From Heptranchias perlo (taxonomy: Eukaryota), in the NCBI RefSeq assembly GCF_035084215.1, contig NC_090349.1, positions 10,602,001 through 10,666,000 of the forward strand: 64,000 bases of DNA. The letters are read 5' to 3'. Below are positions 51,901 to 64,000 of the stretch, piece by piece. How positions within the stretch are numbered: the stretch's first letter is position 1; each line of letters opens with the position of its first letter. Under the pieces are notes generated by a model. The model was not told where the DNA came from, did no database searches, and worked only from the letters and a program-made list of their open reading frames with translations. Position numbers and translations under genes: made by a program.

Positions 51901-53524
51901 GGCATTGGATTTTGTGAATCGCGCCACACAAGTGGCCGGCAATGACCATCTCCAACAAGAGAGAGTCTAACCACCCCCGTGTGGCTACTCCCGGTTCTCC
52001 CCACTTCTGCCTCTCCCATTGCTAACCCACCACTCTCAATTCCAAAAAACGTTTCATGTAGTTCCGTGCCCCCAGCCCAAAAAAACACTATGCACATCAC
52101 GTTCCCGATTTGTCATTTGGGAACTGACTTTAAGTTGCCTAAAAGCCGTGAGTGAGTTTAACTCATTTAAAGCCAGTTCTCAGCTGACTAGGGGACTCGC
52201 AGATGCTGCTTCTCAGGCCATGGGCCCATCAGTGAGGAGGGGGAGGTTCTGTACTCCAAACCTAGTGAGGGGGAGGAGGGCTAATGATGGCAGGGGAAGT
52301 TCAGGCCATATTATGCTAAGCACCATTCCCCTCAATGCTACCTCAGCCTGCCAACCCCCTTAATATGCTATCAGACAGTGCACGCCTCAATGCTCCAGGA
52401 CTCCTCTTCCCAGTCTTTCAGATTCTGGGACTTTCCCTACCCCAATACTCCAGAACTATGCGCCAATTGAGATTTACTGCCTCCAAACCAAGAAACACCC
52501 CTTCCATTGCTCCCAGGACCCCCCTCCCTTCTTTGCTCACAGATCCTGAAAACCTCCCCCCACTACTGCCAGACCCAGAACATTACTCCCATACCCCGAG
52601 AACCCTCTTCTCAATACTCTTAAATTTCAGGATTCTGACCCCATGCTCCCAACCTCCAGAAATGCCCTTACCACTGCTCCCACATCTGTAGACCCCCCCC
52701 CCCCACCAGCCCCAATACTTGCACACCTCAGGTGCATCCCAATACTCACAAACTCTTGGATGCCCCTCCTCAGTATCTCAGATGCTGAGAACTCCTTCCC
52801 AGTTCTCCCATATCCCATGCGCATCTCGAATTCTCTACCAAACTGCACCACCCCTCCCAAACCCTAGAGAGCTCCTTATTATTAGTCCTTTCAGACCACA
52901 TGACCCTCCCCTAGTATTCCCAAGACCTCCTGTCACCTTAACTTCCACAAACCAGTCTGCAAAGATCTCAGCAAGTGCTTCCAAGACCATCACACCTATC
53001 TCAATTCTAACAAGCCCACAACTACCTTCCCTCCAGCCTGTCAAAGCCCATTGTCCCCATTCTTCAGTCCTGCTAGACGCCCACCTGAAAACTGATATGT
53101 CTTCCCTACCATCTTTCCGTTTATCCTTCACTTTCAAAAAAGATAAGTGATAAAATAGATAACTAAACCAATGCATGGTAATAATCAAGGCCGGGTGAAA
53201 GGTACAGAATTGTAGAAATCGATCTCCAAAACACAGAATACCATCAATCACCATAAATCAGGGGCCTTAATATTATAAATTGTATATTGCATGGCATATC
53301 AACATTCCTCCAGCCAACGTTCAGCAATACATTGGGAGATCTGCTGGTAATAGTAAAAGTCTTGCATGTAGTGCACATTTCCTGTACAGTAAATACATTT
53401 TGTGTATTTACTGCTAAACTTTCCTGTCACTTTTTTGTCATACTTTACTATTTTTTGCCCTATTTCTTTCATTTACCTCTGATTGGCTTATTCATGCCAC
53501 CAAATTTATACTGATTTTACTTAA

Positions 53525-53690
53525 GTGTGAGTTTGGCTCAGTTAGTGGCACTGTTGCCTCGAAGTATGAAGGATCAAGCCTCACTCCATGACTTGAGCAC
53601 ATAATCTAGGCTGACACATCCGCGCAGTACAGAGGGAGTGCTGCACTGTTGGAGGTGTCATCTTTTCAATGAGATGTTAAACTGAGGCCC
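53525..53690 (+). mobile_element. Deu-SINE 5' part
   Basis: TGGCTCAGTTAG head and Deu core start. Confidence 0.7.
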
Positions 53691-55009
53691 TGCCTGGCAT
53701 TTACCTCTGCCTACCCTTAATTCCTACCCTATAACTCCCTGCTGGAAAGGATGCATGTGTAGACATTAGGCGATAGGATCAGGCTCAGCTCCGAAGCGTC
53801 TATAGTTAAATAGACTGGCGGTAGTCACAGTCCAGGCTCATTATGAAGACTGGTCACTGAACCAGGTACCAGAGGACAGCCAGTGCCCGTGGAACCCCAT
53901 GTCAACCTGAGTCGGAAAGGAGCAGAAACAAAATCACTGAGAATCCAAAATCCCACCCATGGCAATTAAAAAAAAAACAAATGGTAGGGGCAATGTAATT
54001 CAGCCAGTAACTTCCAAAAAATGTATTTTAATAAGGGACCGACCAGCTGTCTGATTGTAAAGGCTGACCAGTCAACATTTTTGAATTATTCAGCATTCTG
54101 ACGGTGGTGGAGGTCTTTGCTTTTGTGAAGCTCTTTTTTCTTTGTCAGGAATGTTTGTCTGTGCAGCATGACTCTGTGTTACACAGGTCAGGCGACAAAC
54201 TTTCACAAGCATTTGGAGACTGAGATCTCGTCTAGATAAGGACCCCCTGAGGACGAAGGTAGACATCAGGATAAAACTGGAATATCTGCATCACTACAAA
54301 CTGAAGCTGTCATCACCATGTAGAATCTTCAAACAAAGAAAAAATATGCAATGGTTCTTTCAACCAAACCTGCTCTTATTTGTCATTCTTGATTTACCTT
54401 GTCTTCTCTCCTACTCTTTTAACCTTGGTGGTGTCATGCACTATGATTCTTGGCTGTTCACTTGGATTTCCCAATGAAAACTAAATGTATTTGTTTTTCC
54501 TTGATGGTTGACCAAGCCTATTTTGGTTCACAGAAGCACTGCTCCTAATGTATTTGTTTTCAAGTAGAGTAACCTCTTTCCTCTTCCCCCACACCCAGAG
54601 ATATGTCCAAAGGATTATTTTTCATCCACAGGTCTGTTGGCTGGCAACTCATGGGTTAAGGATCTCCGTGGTTGAGATTTATGACATCGCCCATAAATAT
54701 ATTCATTTGTAAATAGCCCATGAACAGGTGATATAACTGCCTAAATGCACAATCTGTATGAAGGGGAGGGTCACTCATGTTTAGGATCCAACAACTATGA
54801 TGAATCACAGGGAAATGGCAAAGTGACGTTTTTCAACCTGAATTTGTCGACATGAAAAAAATTAATTAATTTTTCACAAAGTTCATGTGCTTTACAGAAG
54901 CAGTTAAGTCTGATGAGCCAAATAGCCATTCCTCATTACACTTTCTTTATGTTCTTATGAGTCAAGAATGGATCAGTGCTGGAGTTCAAGACCTGGGTTA
55001 CTGCAGGTC

Positions 55010-55340
55010 ATAGGAACATAGGAACAGGAGTAGGCTGTTCAGCCCCTCGAGTCTGTGCTGCCATTCATTAGATCATGGCTGATCCTTATCTTAACTCCAT
55101 CTACCCACCTTGGTTCTGTAACCCTTAATACCCTTGGCATGGGAAGCTCATGGGTGGCTGCAGGTACTACCTTAATCAGTGGGCAATAGAGTCAGCTACT
55201 AGGGCATGAGGAGCATCAGTCTCACCAAGGAGGTTCTGGCCGAGTTGTGCCAACTAGTCCATGAGGACCGTCAGGGTCAGTCGGTCATTTGAAATGCGTT
55301 ACCAGTGGCAGTGAAGGTCATCATGCTCTCAACTTTCATT
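55010..55340. mobile_element. CR1 tail (-, 55010-55135) and Harbinger transposase remnant (+, 55210-55340)
   Basis: CATAGGAACATAGGAACAGG tail. Peptide LTKEVLAELCQLV...ALPVAVKV. Confidence 0.7.
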
Positions 55341-56519
55341 CCGCACATTTGCCCTTTATGTGTTGTGAACTTCTCTGTATTGATTTTGGATGTGTCCTAT
55401 TACCAAGTGCTCCATAACTGAGGGAGTGGAAATTTTGGGTTGCTACAAAGCCAAGTGAAGGGGATACAGCCAACTTCATACCTGTATCTGTGGCTGACCT
55501 TTAAGCACTCGCATCAATGGGGTCTCTGATTACTGTGGGTAGAGTGCTTTCTAAGGTGCCATCTCCAAGGAGACAACAATGCTCATCAGCACTTGCAGAG
55601 AGTCCTCACTGAAACTTGCGTTGTGCTCCTGTCGAGCCATAGTCAACCATTATTCTGCATTCAATAGCTAGATTCTCTGACTTTTAGAAGCTTGCAGGTC
55701 AAGTGTTGGTTCCCTGCACCAGAAGTGTGAAAAGATCTTTATTGCAGATACATCATGATCGGCTGCTTCTTTGTTGTTACAGTGCCCAAATTCACAATCC
55801 TCACAGCTTGCATTGTGTGTTACAGCAACTTCAGCGGCGGATCTGCGAAAAGTTCAAGAATCGTGTCTTTTTTCCACAAGCAAAAAAATGTCAGTTCGCA
55901 TATGTCTTGCCATATCCCACTTTGTGTTGGTCTGGGAACTACAGATGCAGTTTGTTGCTTTTGTTCAGATGAATTTTTTATAAGCATATTCCAGAAGGTT
56001 AATGGTCTGCTGGTCTTGATTCCCTACTGCAGTACTTTACATGGGCATACAAGGGTTAAGAGAATTTGAGTTTTAGAAAAGCAGTAATTTTTTTTTCAAA
56101 AGACGCTGTTTCTGAACAAGATAAACTGGTTGATGAGGACAGTGTAACTGATAACCTGCAGCAAGCATGGGCAATAACACAACAAAACAGCCAATATTGT
56201 GTGGAATGTGACATTAACATAAGGGAACATTTATCAAAGGTTGAACAGAGCTGTCACTCAATAAAAAAAATTAATAACTGTCAGCAGGATTTTCATGATG
56301 CTGTAAAACGAATGGCTGGCCATCACATTTTCCTTCAGGTCGATGGGTTCATTAACCCTTAAATACAGAACCTCCTGTTTCAGAGTCTTGTGGTGAAAGG
56401 TTATACATGGATCATAACAGCAGGAGCATTGGGAAAGTTTGGTCCATTGAATTAGGAGTAAATGATAATGGGGTTTGTCTTCTATTGGAATTCTAGTCAA
56501 ACAGGAGTGATTGTGAAAA

Positions 56520-57215
56520 GAGCTGGCTGGAAATACTGTACAGTGAGATTGAATGGGACGAGACTGGCTGGAGTACTGTACAGTGGGAGTGAATGGGAAG
56601 AGACTGGCTGGAGTACTGTACAGTGGGAGTGAATGGGAAGAGACTGGCTGGAGTACTGTACAGTGGGAGTGAATGGGAAGAGACTGGCTGGAGTACTGTA
56701 CAGTGGGAGTGAATGGGAAGAGACTGGCTGGAGTACTGTACAGTGGGAGTGAATGGGAAGAGATTGGCTGGAGTACTGTACAGTGGGAGTGAATGGGAAG
56801 AGACTGGCTGGAAATACTGTACAGTGGGAGTGAATGGGAAGAGACTGGCTGGAGTACTGTACAGTGGGAGTGAATGGGAAGAGACTGGCTGGAAATACTG
56901 TACAGTGGGAGTGAATGGGAAGAGACTGGCTGGAATACTGTATGGTGGGAGTGAATGGGAAGAGACTGGCTGGAGTACTGTACAGTGGGAGTGAATGGGA
57001 AGAGACTGGCTGGAATTCTGTATGGTGGGAGTGAATGGGAAGAGACTGGCTGGAGTACTGTACAGTGGGAGTGAATGGGAAGAGACTGGCTGGAGTACTG
57101 TACAGTGGGAGTGAATGGGAAGAGACTGGCTGGAATTCTGTATGGTGGGAGTGAATGGGAAGAGACTGGCTGGAGTACTGTATGGTGGGAGTGAATGGGA
57201 AGGGGTGGCTAGAAT
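56520..57215. repeat. 39-40-bp minisatellite, about 17 units
   Basis: Tandem GAGACTGGCTGGAGTACTGTACAGTGGGAGTGAATGGGAA. Confidence 0.97.
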
Positions 57216-58869
57216 TCTGTGCTTGGATCAGAATCATGTTCAAATCAGGAATGCTTTTATTGAGATTCTACCGACATTTACGTGAAGTGGTAACTTCCCG
57301 GACATGTATTGTATAAGGAAAATTGAGTAGAGCTTGAAAACCGAGCCATCATAATTATTGTATTATTATTTCTTTTCACATTTCATGCCCATTTTTAATA
57401 TTTTTTTCCACTTACCATTCCTCCCTCCATTGCTGGGGATGTCTTTTCTTGGCTCATCACCCTCCTTTGATAGTGAACAGAGATGAAATCACATCTCCTG
57501 GAAGCACACACCCTTGCACCTTACTACATGGCGGAACACTTCGATACAAATTATTATTATTGTTATTTACAATAAATGAATACGACAAGCAGGAGAGCTA
57601 CATACAATTGAAGAGAAATGGTTTGCTGAAAGTATTCAACTTGCTGTCTCATCCTATAGTTAAGATGTTCTCACTTGCATCCTTCTCTTCTCCCACATGT
57701 CCATTATACAACAGCAACTTGCATTTATATAGCACCTTTAACGTAGTAAAACATCCCAAGGTGCTTCACAGGAATGTTATCAAACAGAATTTGACACCGA
57801 GCCACATACGAAGATATTAGGCCAGGTGACCAAAAGCTTGGTCAAAGAGGTAGGTTTTAAGGAGTGTCTGAAAGGAGGAGAGAGAGGCAGGGAGGTTTAG
57901 TGAAGGAATGCCACAGCATGTCAATTATGACTGAATTCTTGACAGGAAACAGAGACCACAGAGAACTCTGAGATTGAAATAACTGTTACAGGGAGCTCTG
58001 AACACAGGAATACCAGACAGCAAAGAATATCAAATATGTCCAGGCCCACCAAACGTTTATTGAGATTTTAACATAATTGTGGCTTAATTAAAATCACTAA
58101 AATGTCAATTATCTGATGCTCAGACTTTGAGAGAACAATCACTGTTTACTTACAGTCCTTTTTCCTTTAAAAAGAACCCCAGAAGTTTATGTTACCAACC
58201 TACTCTCTCACTAAGATGCCCAGAGCAACTATTTTGGAACGGGGGCTCCAAGCAACTAGACTATCCCATCATGCATTTGGTACAGCACTGCATTAACCTG
58301 TGTTTTTATTTTAGAAACAATTAAAGTTGGTTAAATGGGAGGAGTTGGTTGATTAGTAAATTTGTTGTTGTTTTTGTCTATCTGTTCTCATCAAAATGAA
58401 TATTGTCAGAGTTAAAGAATGGAACCTTTATGAATTGTGCATTCAATGACATTATTCAACATTCATAGATGAAAGGATCACTATATTTCCACGGGACAGT
58501 GCTCTTTATCCCCTTAACTCCTCATTTCCTGAGCTCCACAGTTCCAAAGTCACTCAGCTGTCCAGCTTTTCAATGATTCATCTATTCGGCTCCCCCAGGA
58601 CCTCCCCCTGCTGTTCGGCTCCTTATCCCTTTAGATTTCCACACCCATACCCCTGTAATTTAAGTTCCTGAATTCTTTATTCCTTTAGTCCCTGAACTTC
58701 CCAGCACCCCACAGGGTTCGTAGCGCCCTACCTTTAAAACCTCAAATATGAACCACAGAAACCTACACAGTTCAAAAGGATAAGAGCAGCCACATTGTTC
58801 ATGACCTGCAAATTGATCCATGGACTGAAATCTAAGGAAATATTACTGTAACTTTGTAAACATTGGTGA

Positions 58870-59973
58870 GAGTCCTGTAGAGCACTGTATCCAGATATGG
58901 TCACCATTCTCAGGAGTGCCCTGTGAAGCACTGTATCCAGATATGGTCACCATTCTCAGGAGTGCCCTGTGGAGCACTGTATCCAGATACAGTCACCATT
59001 CTCAGGAGAATCCTGTAGAGCACTGTATCCAGATACAGTCACCATTCTCAGGAGAGCCCTGTGAAGCACTGTATCCAGATACAGTCACCATTCTCAGGAG
59101 AATCCTGTGGAGCACTGTATCCAGATACAGTCACCATTCTCAGGAGAATCCTGTGGAGCACTGTATCCAGATACAGTCACCATTCTCAGGAGTGTCCTGT
59201 GAAGCACTGTATCCAGATACAGTCACCATTCTCAGGAGAATCCTGTGGAGCACTGTATCCAGATACAGTCACCATTCTCAGGAGTGTCCTGTGGAGCACT
59301 GTATCCAGATACAGTCACCATTCTCAGGAGAATCCTGTGGAGCATTGTATCAAGATACAGTCACCATTTTCAGGAGAGCCCTGTGAAGCACTGTATCCAG
59401 ATATGGTCACCATTCTCAGGAGTGTCCTGTGGAGCACTGTATCCAGATATGGTCACCATTCTCAGGAGTGTCCTGTGGAGCACTGTATCCAGATACAGTC
59501 ACCATTTTCAGGAGAGCCCTGTGAAGCACTGTATCCAGATATGGTCACCATTCTCAGGAGTGTCCTGTGAAGCACTGTATCCAGATACAGTCACCATTCT
59601 CAGGAGTGTCCTGTGAAGCACTGTATCCAGATACAGTCACCATTCTCAGGAGTGTCCTGTAGAGCACTGTATCCAGATACAGTCACCATTCTCAGGAGTG
59701 TCCTGTGAAGCACTGTATCCAGATACAGTCACCATTCTCAGGAGTGTCCTGTGGAGCACTGTATCCAGATACAGTCACCATTCTCAGGAGAGCCCTGTGG
59801 AGCACTGTATCCAGATATGGTCACCATTCTCAGGAGTGCCCTGTGGAGCACTGTATCCAGATATGGTCACCATTCTCAGGAGTGTCCTGTGAAGCACTGT
59901 ATCCAGATATGGTCACCATTCTCAGGAGTGTCCTGTGGAGCACTGTATCCAGATATGGTCACCATTCTCAGGA
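58870..59973. repeat. 46-bp minisatellite, about 24 units, within a decayed CR1
   Basis: Tandem GAGCACTGTATCCAGATACAGTCACCATTCTCAGGAGTGTCCTGTG. Flanks translate to KSKEILL and IQVLKIMKDVER. Confidence 0.96.
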
Positions 59974-60799
59974 GAGGGTGGGGTTGCTGGACAATATTCA
60001 AGTTTTAAAAATAATGAAGGATGTGGAGAGGTGATGTGACCAAAGCCAGGACAGAGAATCAGAGGACACCAAAGAACCCAAAGCTAGATACAAAAACCTC
60101 ATTGCCAGATGCTTGCCATTATTTTGGGTTGAGATTTGTAGCAGCTTTGTAATCCTTTGACTGTGAAGGGTAAGTGCATGTTAACCACCTTCACCCGCAT
60201 GCCCTCATGCAGTCGCCTCTGACGGGCTGCTGTCTGTTGAGTTCTTTATAAGATTTTAAGAATTCCTGTAAACTGATATGTCAACTGCATCAGTGGCAAA
60301 CATTTACGGGAACATCAGGTTATGTTGTTAGAAAACAACGACCAACTCTGACTGGGACAGTGCAGAGAGAAAACCGCTCTGGCAGGAGGTGAGAGATGTA
60401 CTTTCGGATCTCTATTTAAGAGGTATTCTCACTGACAGAAAATTTTTTCAAGAGAGGGGATTCATCACGGACCCTTTATAAAGAGTAGGAATCTCACCAT
60501 GAGGACCTCTTGTAAAGAAAAATCCACACCAGCAGCACCCTTTGTAAAGATGGAGTTTCGCCATTTAATGAAAGGGCCCTGAAATTCCACAGGGGTTTCC
60601 GGTCTCCTGCTATAACCCACAGGAAAATGGAGTAAATGATTAAAAATGTCCATTTACACCGCTGCCATGTCATTTCAGGCCTCACCATCAGAACATATTT
60701 ATTTTCTTTTTGAAGTCTTGAGTGAATTTGGTGCTCATCAAGGTGAGGGATGTTAGTGCTAGGGAGTGGAATATTATTCACTTCAAGCACCTTCTGCCA

Positions 60800-61690
60800 G
60801 CATTGAGCCCTCCCAACAATTGGCATTGGACAAAACATGTAAGTGGGCACAAGAAAGACAGATGAAATTTAATGCAGACAAGTATAAAGTGCTACACATG
60901 GGATGAGAAAAAGATGACATGCTTACTCCATGAAAGGCATTGAAGTAGCTAAGAATGAAATTGAAATGAGACCTAAGAGTCTTAATAGACTCAACAAATA
61001 TATCCAACCAATGCAGAGCAGCAATCAACAAAGCTAATAGGATGTTGAACTACACAGCCCAAACAGTAGACTATAAGTCAGAAGAGGTAATGATCAAACT
61101 GTATGGTGCTCTGGTCAGAAAGTATCTTTTTACAAAGTCTACTGCACAGAAACAAGCCATTCAGCCCAACTGGCCCATGCTGGCGTTTATGCTCCACACA
61201 AACCAAAACACGTGTTTAAAAATCTTGACTACTGCGTCCAGCTCTGGCCACCAAGAAACAAGAGAGACACTCAAGCCCTTGAGACAGTGCAGTGCAGAGC
61301 CAGGAAGCTGATCTCCAGTGTCGGGATTCTGGATTACGAGGAAACACTCGATAGACTGGGGCTTTTCAGCTTGGAAAGAAGGCATCTGAGGGGTGATCTT
61401 ATGAAGGTATATAAGAATGTTAAGGGTATAGAAAATTTAATCCAGAATGTTACTTTAAATTGAAATGTGGGAGTTGAAATAGGAGATACAGGTTCAAACT
61501 AGTATAAGTTAACTTTAGGACTGGTATCAGGAAATTCTTAACATAAAGAATGATCAGCATGTGGAATAAACTTCTACATAACCCCAGGATCATTTAAGAA
61601 ACAATTGGATGGGGGTACATTAAGATCTCTCTGGATAGATGAATTAAAATGGGCTGAATGGCCTTCTTCGTCTGTAATTATCTTGTGATG
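60800..61690 (+). mobile_element. Old CR1 ORF2 3' fragment with a small opposite-strand insert
   Basis: DYKSEEVMIKLYGALVR and LDYCVQLWPP...LGLFSLERRHLRGDLMKVYK. Confidence 0.85.
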
Positions 61691-61934
61691 TTGATAGTGG
61701 AACAGCTGGCAAACATATGTAGTTCATGTCGAAATCACATGGAGTATATCTTTCTCTTTCTGGAGCTCACTTAAAAATTAATCTTGTGCTCCCTGCATGA
61801 ATTGGGCAACGCACAGGGAACATAGTTGCCATGGAACTGCTGATGAGCTTTAGAGAGCAACTGATGAGTATGTAACCGGGTCAAACAATTCATCAGCAAA
61901 ATGTGGAGAAAGAGGGCCTTGACTAAAGGTAGCA

Positions 61935-62165
61935 TAAATGGTCAAGGAAAAGAGAGAATGGCTCCTTTTACAGAGAGGGATTTGCAGATGTTGCTGTGGG
62001 AGACACAGCAAAGGGACGGTTCTCATTTATGGATCTGTGGGGCAATCTCTTCGGAAGAGGCATATGTGGGAGGAGGTCACAGAGCAGGTCGAAGTGGTGC
62101 CCCAGGTGAGGAGGACAACTCAGGTCCAGAAGAAATTTTCCACCCTCAGGTAGTTTGCCAACATA
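61935..62165 (+). pseudogene. Decayed Harbinger-type Myb/SANT exon
   Basis: RMAPFTERDLQMLL, then after a frameshift HMWEEVTEQV...RRTTQVQKKFSTLR. Confidence 0.7.
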
Positions 62166-63403
62166 AGTGTACCCAGCATTTAACTGCTGGAGCGGCATGC
62201 CTGCACCGAGCACTTTCACCTCAAACAGCTGCACCTTGACTTTGTACGTGTATGGTTCTCATTTAGGAATCCCAGCCTTAGCCATACTACAGAAGCACCC
62301 CATTCTGATGAGTGATACACCTTGATTTTTTTCATGGAAACTTTGTAATGTACTTCGCTGATCAAAAAATTTAGGCCTACTAATGTTTCCAGCAACAGCC
62401 ACTTTCATACTGCATACATACAGTCGCAGACATGTTATGGGAGGTAGGGTGACCACATGCTTTGCTATGTCAGGGCTCTTCAACCCTGCAGCACTTTATC
62501 AAATTGTTTTTAATTGCAGGAAGCAGAAGCCCATAACAGATGAGAGATGCACTGGAGATGGTCCACCCAACCTGAAACTCCCAGGTAGGCTCAAAGAGAA
62601 TGACCCTGAAATTAGTGGGGCAGGAATGTGTGGAGACAATCAGTGAGGGTATTGAGCACATGCAGACTATACGTATCATTGATGTTGATGCTACCTTCCC
62701 CTAATCTTTCACACACAGAGGCACACGGTCATTCACTAACTTGGCATGCATCCCAACATCATGTATTGGCAAGTCACTTTTGTTTCAATGAGTATGTTGC
62801 TGATTCCGTTGTAGTACTCTTCTGTTTCTCTGGATGGCCACAAGAATCCTGCAGCAGTTGCCCCTAAGAGGCAGAGCCTATCACCTCACAAGGGAAAGGG
62901 CGGGAAAGTGGAGTTGAGATAAAAATCAGATCAGCCACGATCTCATTAAATGGCAGAGCAGGCTCGAGGGGGCAAATGGCCTACTCCTGCTCCTATCTCT
63001 TATGGTCTTATGGTCTAACACATAATGTCACTCAGGTACCAGCGCAGGTATGTCCACTCCAGGGGAATTAGACTTAGGCTTTGAGGAGGTAGTGGCAAGT
63101 GAAGAACGGACCACAAGTGAGGAAGAATATGTAGAGGTGGCAGGTGGAGAGCCAGCTCAGATCCACCCTCATCCGTTGAAGTCTGGGATTGAGGTCTGGG
63201 ATTGATGCCATCCACGGAACTGCATGCAGAGGAATGTTGCCTCTTCTGTAAGTTCATGGATTCATTTGAGAAGCACTCTGGAAGGTATGAAGGCTGTGAT
63301 GGATGAATGCAGTCACTGCCTGAGAAGACACTGGTTTACAGTACAACATTCACTGCTAGTTAATAAATTATTTGATCTGCATTTCCACTTTGTTCTGAGA
63401 GGT

Positions 63404-63609
63404 TGGCCCTGAAATTCCACGGGGGTGGGGGAGGGGGGGGGTTCTCTCGATCACCTGCTGTAACTTCAGCCAGAGATTGGCAGAAGCCCTGTGGAGAAAT
63501 GGCATAAACGGCTGAAAACGACCCTTTCTGCTGTTTCTCTGGGGGTTCCACCAATCTCTTGCCAAAGTTACAGTGTGAGATTGGGAGAACCCTGCAGAAC
63601 TTCAGGACC
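63404..63609. mobile_element. Hairpin MITE with Harbinger-type ends (relatives at about 30075-30310, 47685-47835, 60574)
   Basis: GGCCCTGAAATTC and GAACTTCAGGACC ends with internal dyad symmetry. Confidence 0.7.
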
Positions 63610-64000
63610 TTCATGTTTACTGGGGAAGATTTCTGCAGAAGGAGATGAATGGATGGGCATGATGCGAAATAAGGAATAATGTCGGGCACGATGGTCAATT
63701 CACTGGCAACAAATATTCAATATTGTTTGTTCTGGATCACTGAAATTTAATTGAAGTTGTTGTCTATTAGACTTTTCCGGATTTGTCTTCCTGGCTTTTG
63801 CTCTAGTGCAGCAGACAACACTTTAGACTGATGGCAATGTAGACTGACACAGGATAAATCAGCTGTGGCAGCTTGCAGGATACCTGAAACCCACCTGCAT
63901 AATGTGGTATAAATGGTTACATACAACCTGTAATTTGAATGAATGAAATCCCTTCTTAGTCATAAAAGCTATAACACTGGTGAACCATTTGACCCCATGG

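Noticed and set aside
55560-56500. Cluster of 70-100 aa ORFs in unique sequence
   Set aside because: The frames I translated are interrupted by stops and show no recognisable domain.
56520-57215. CR1 origin for the 40-bp unit (CTGGAGTACTGT matches the LEYC codons)
   Set aside because: Only about 12 nt match and the flanks are not CR1, unlike the 46-bp array.
56497-60034. Repetitive ORFs over the two minisatellites
   Set aside because: Unit lengths of 40 and 46 bp are not multiples of three, so the peptides merely cycle through frames.
63745-63885. Minus-strand peptide SKVLSAALEQKPGRQIRK loosely like the AIFM3 C-terminus (a human LZTR1 neighbour)
   Set aside because: Similarity is too weak for a conserved gene, splice sites are unconvincing, and I found no other AIFM3 exon.

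Overview
Eukaryotic, repeat-rich vertebrate DNA. The repeat complement (CR1 LINEs, Deu-domain SINEs, L2, RTE, Penelope, Harbinger, hAT) suggests a cartilaginous fish, which is an inference. The only host gene I can firmly identify is LZTR1: coding exon 1 (minus strand, 5230-5378, absent from the ORF track) and its CpG-rich ZNF143/CCAAT promoter. Positions 1-5229 are LZTR1 intron 1, and the rest is upstream sequence made mostly of nested transposons and minisatellites. Most long ORFs in the track are artefacts of tandem repeats or broken TE genes. The most notable structures are: (1) a 236-bp, TSD-flanked near-perfect palindrome with a minimal hammerhead ribozyme motif on each strand; (2) a spliced-looking KIF21A fragment joined to a CR1 3' end; (3) a LINE with a tRNA-type Pol III head and no ORF1, plus its internally deleted derivative; (4) a complete two-gene Harbinger element inside a CR1, with a 33-bp coding repeat; (5) a hAT element expanded to 2.5 kb beside the LZTR1 promoter; (6) a 46-bp minisatellite derived from CR1 coding sequence; (7) a young 67-bp inverted duplication. 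I cannot establish a wholly new biological system. Family names come from recognition, not database searches, and boundaries of decayed repeats are approximate.
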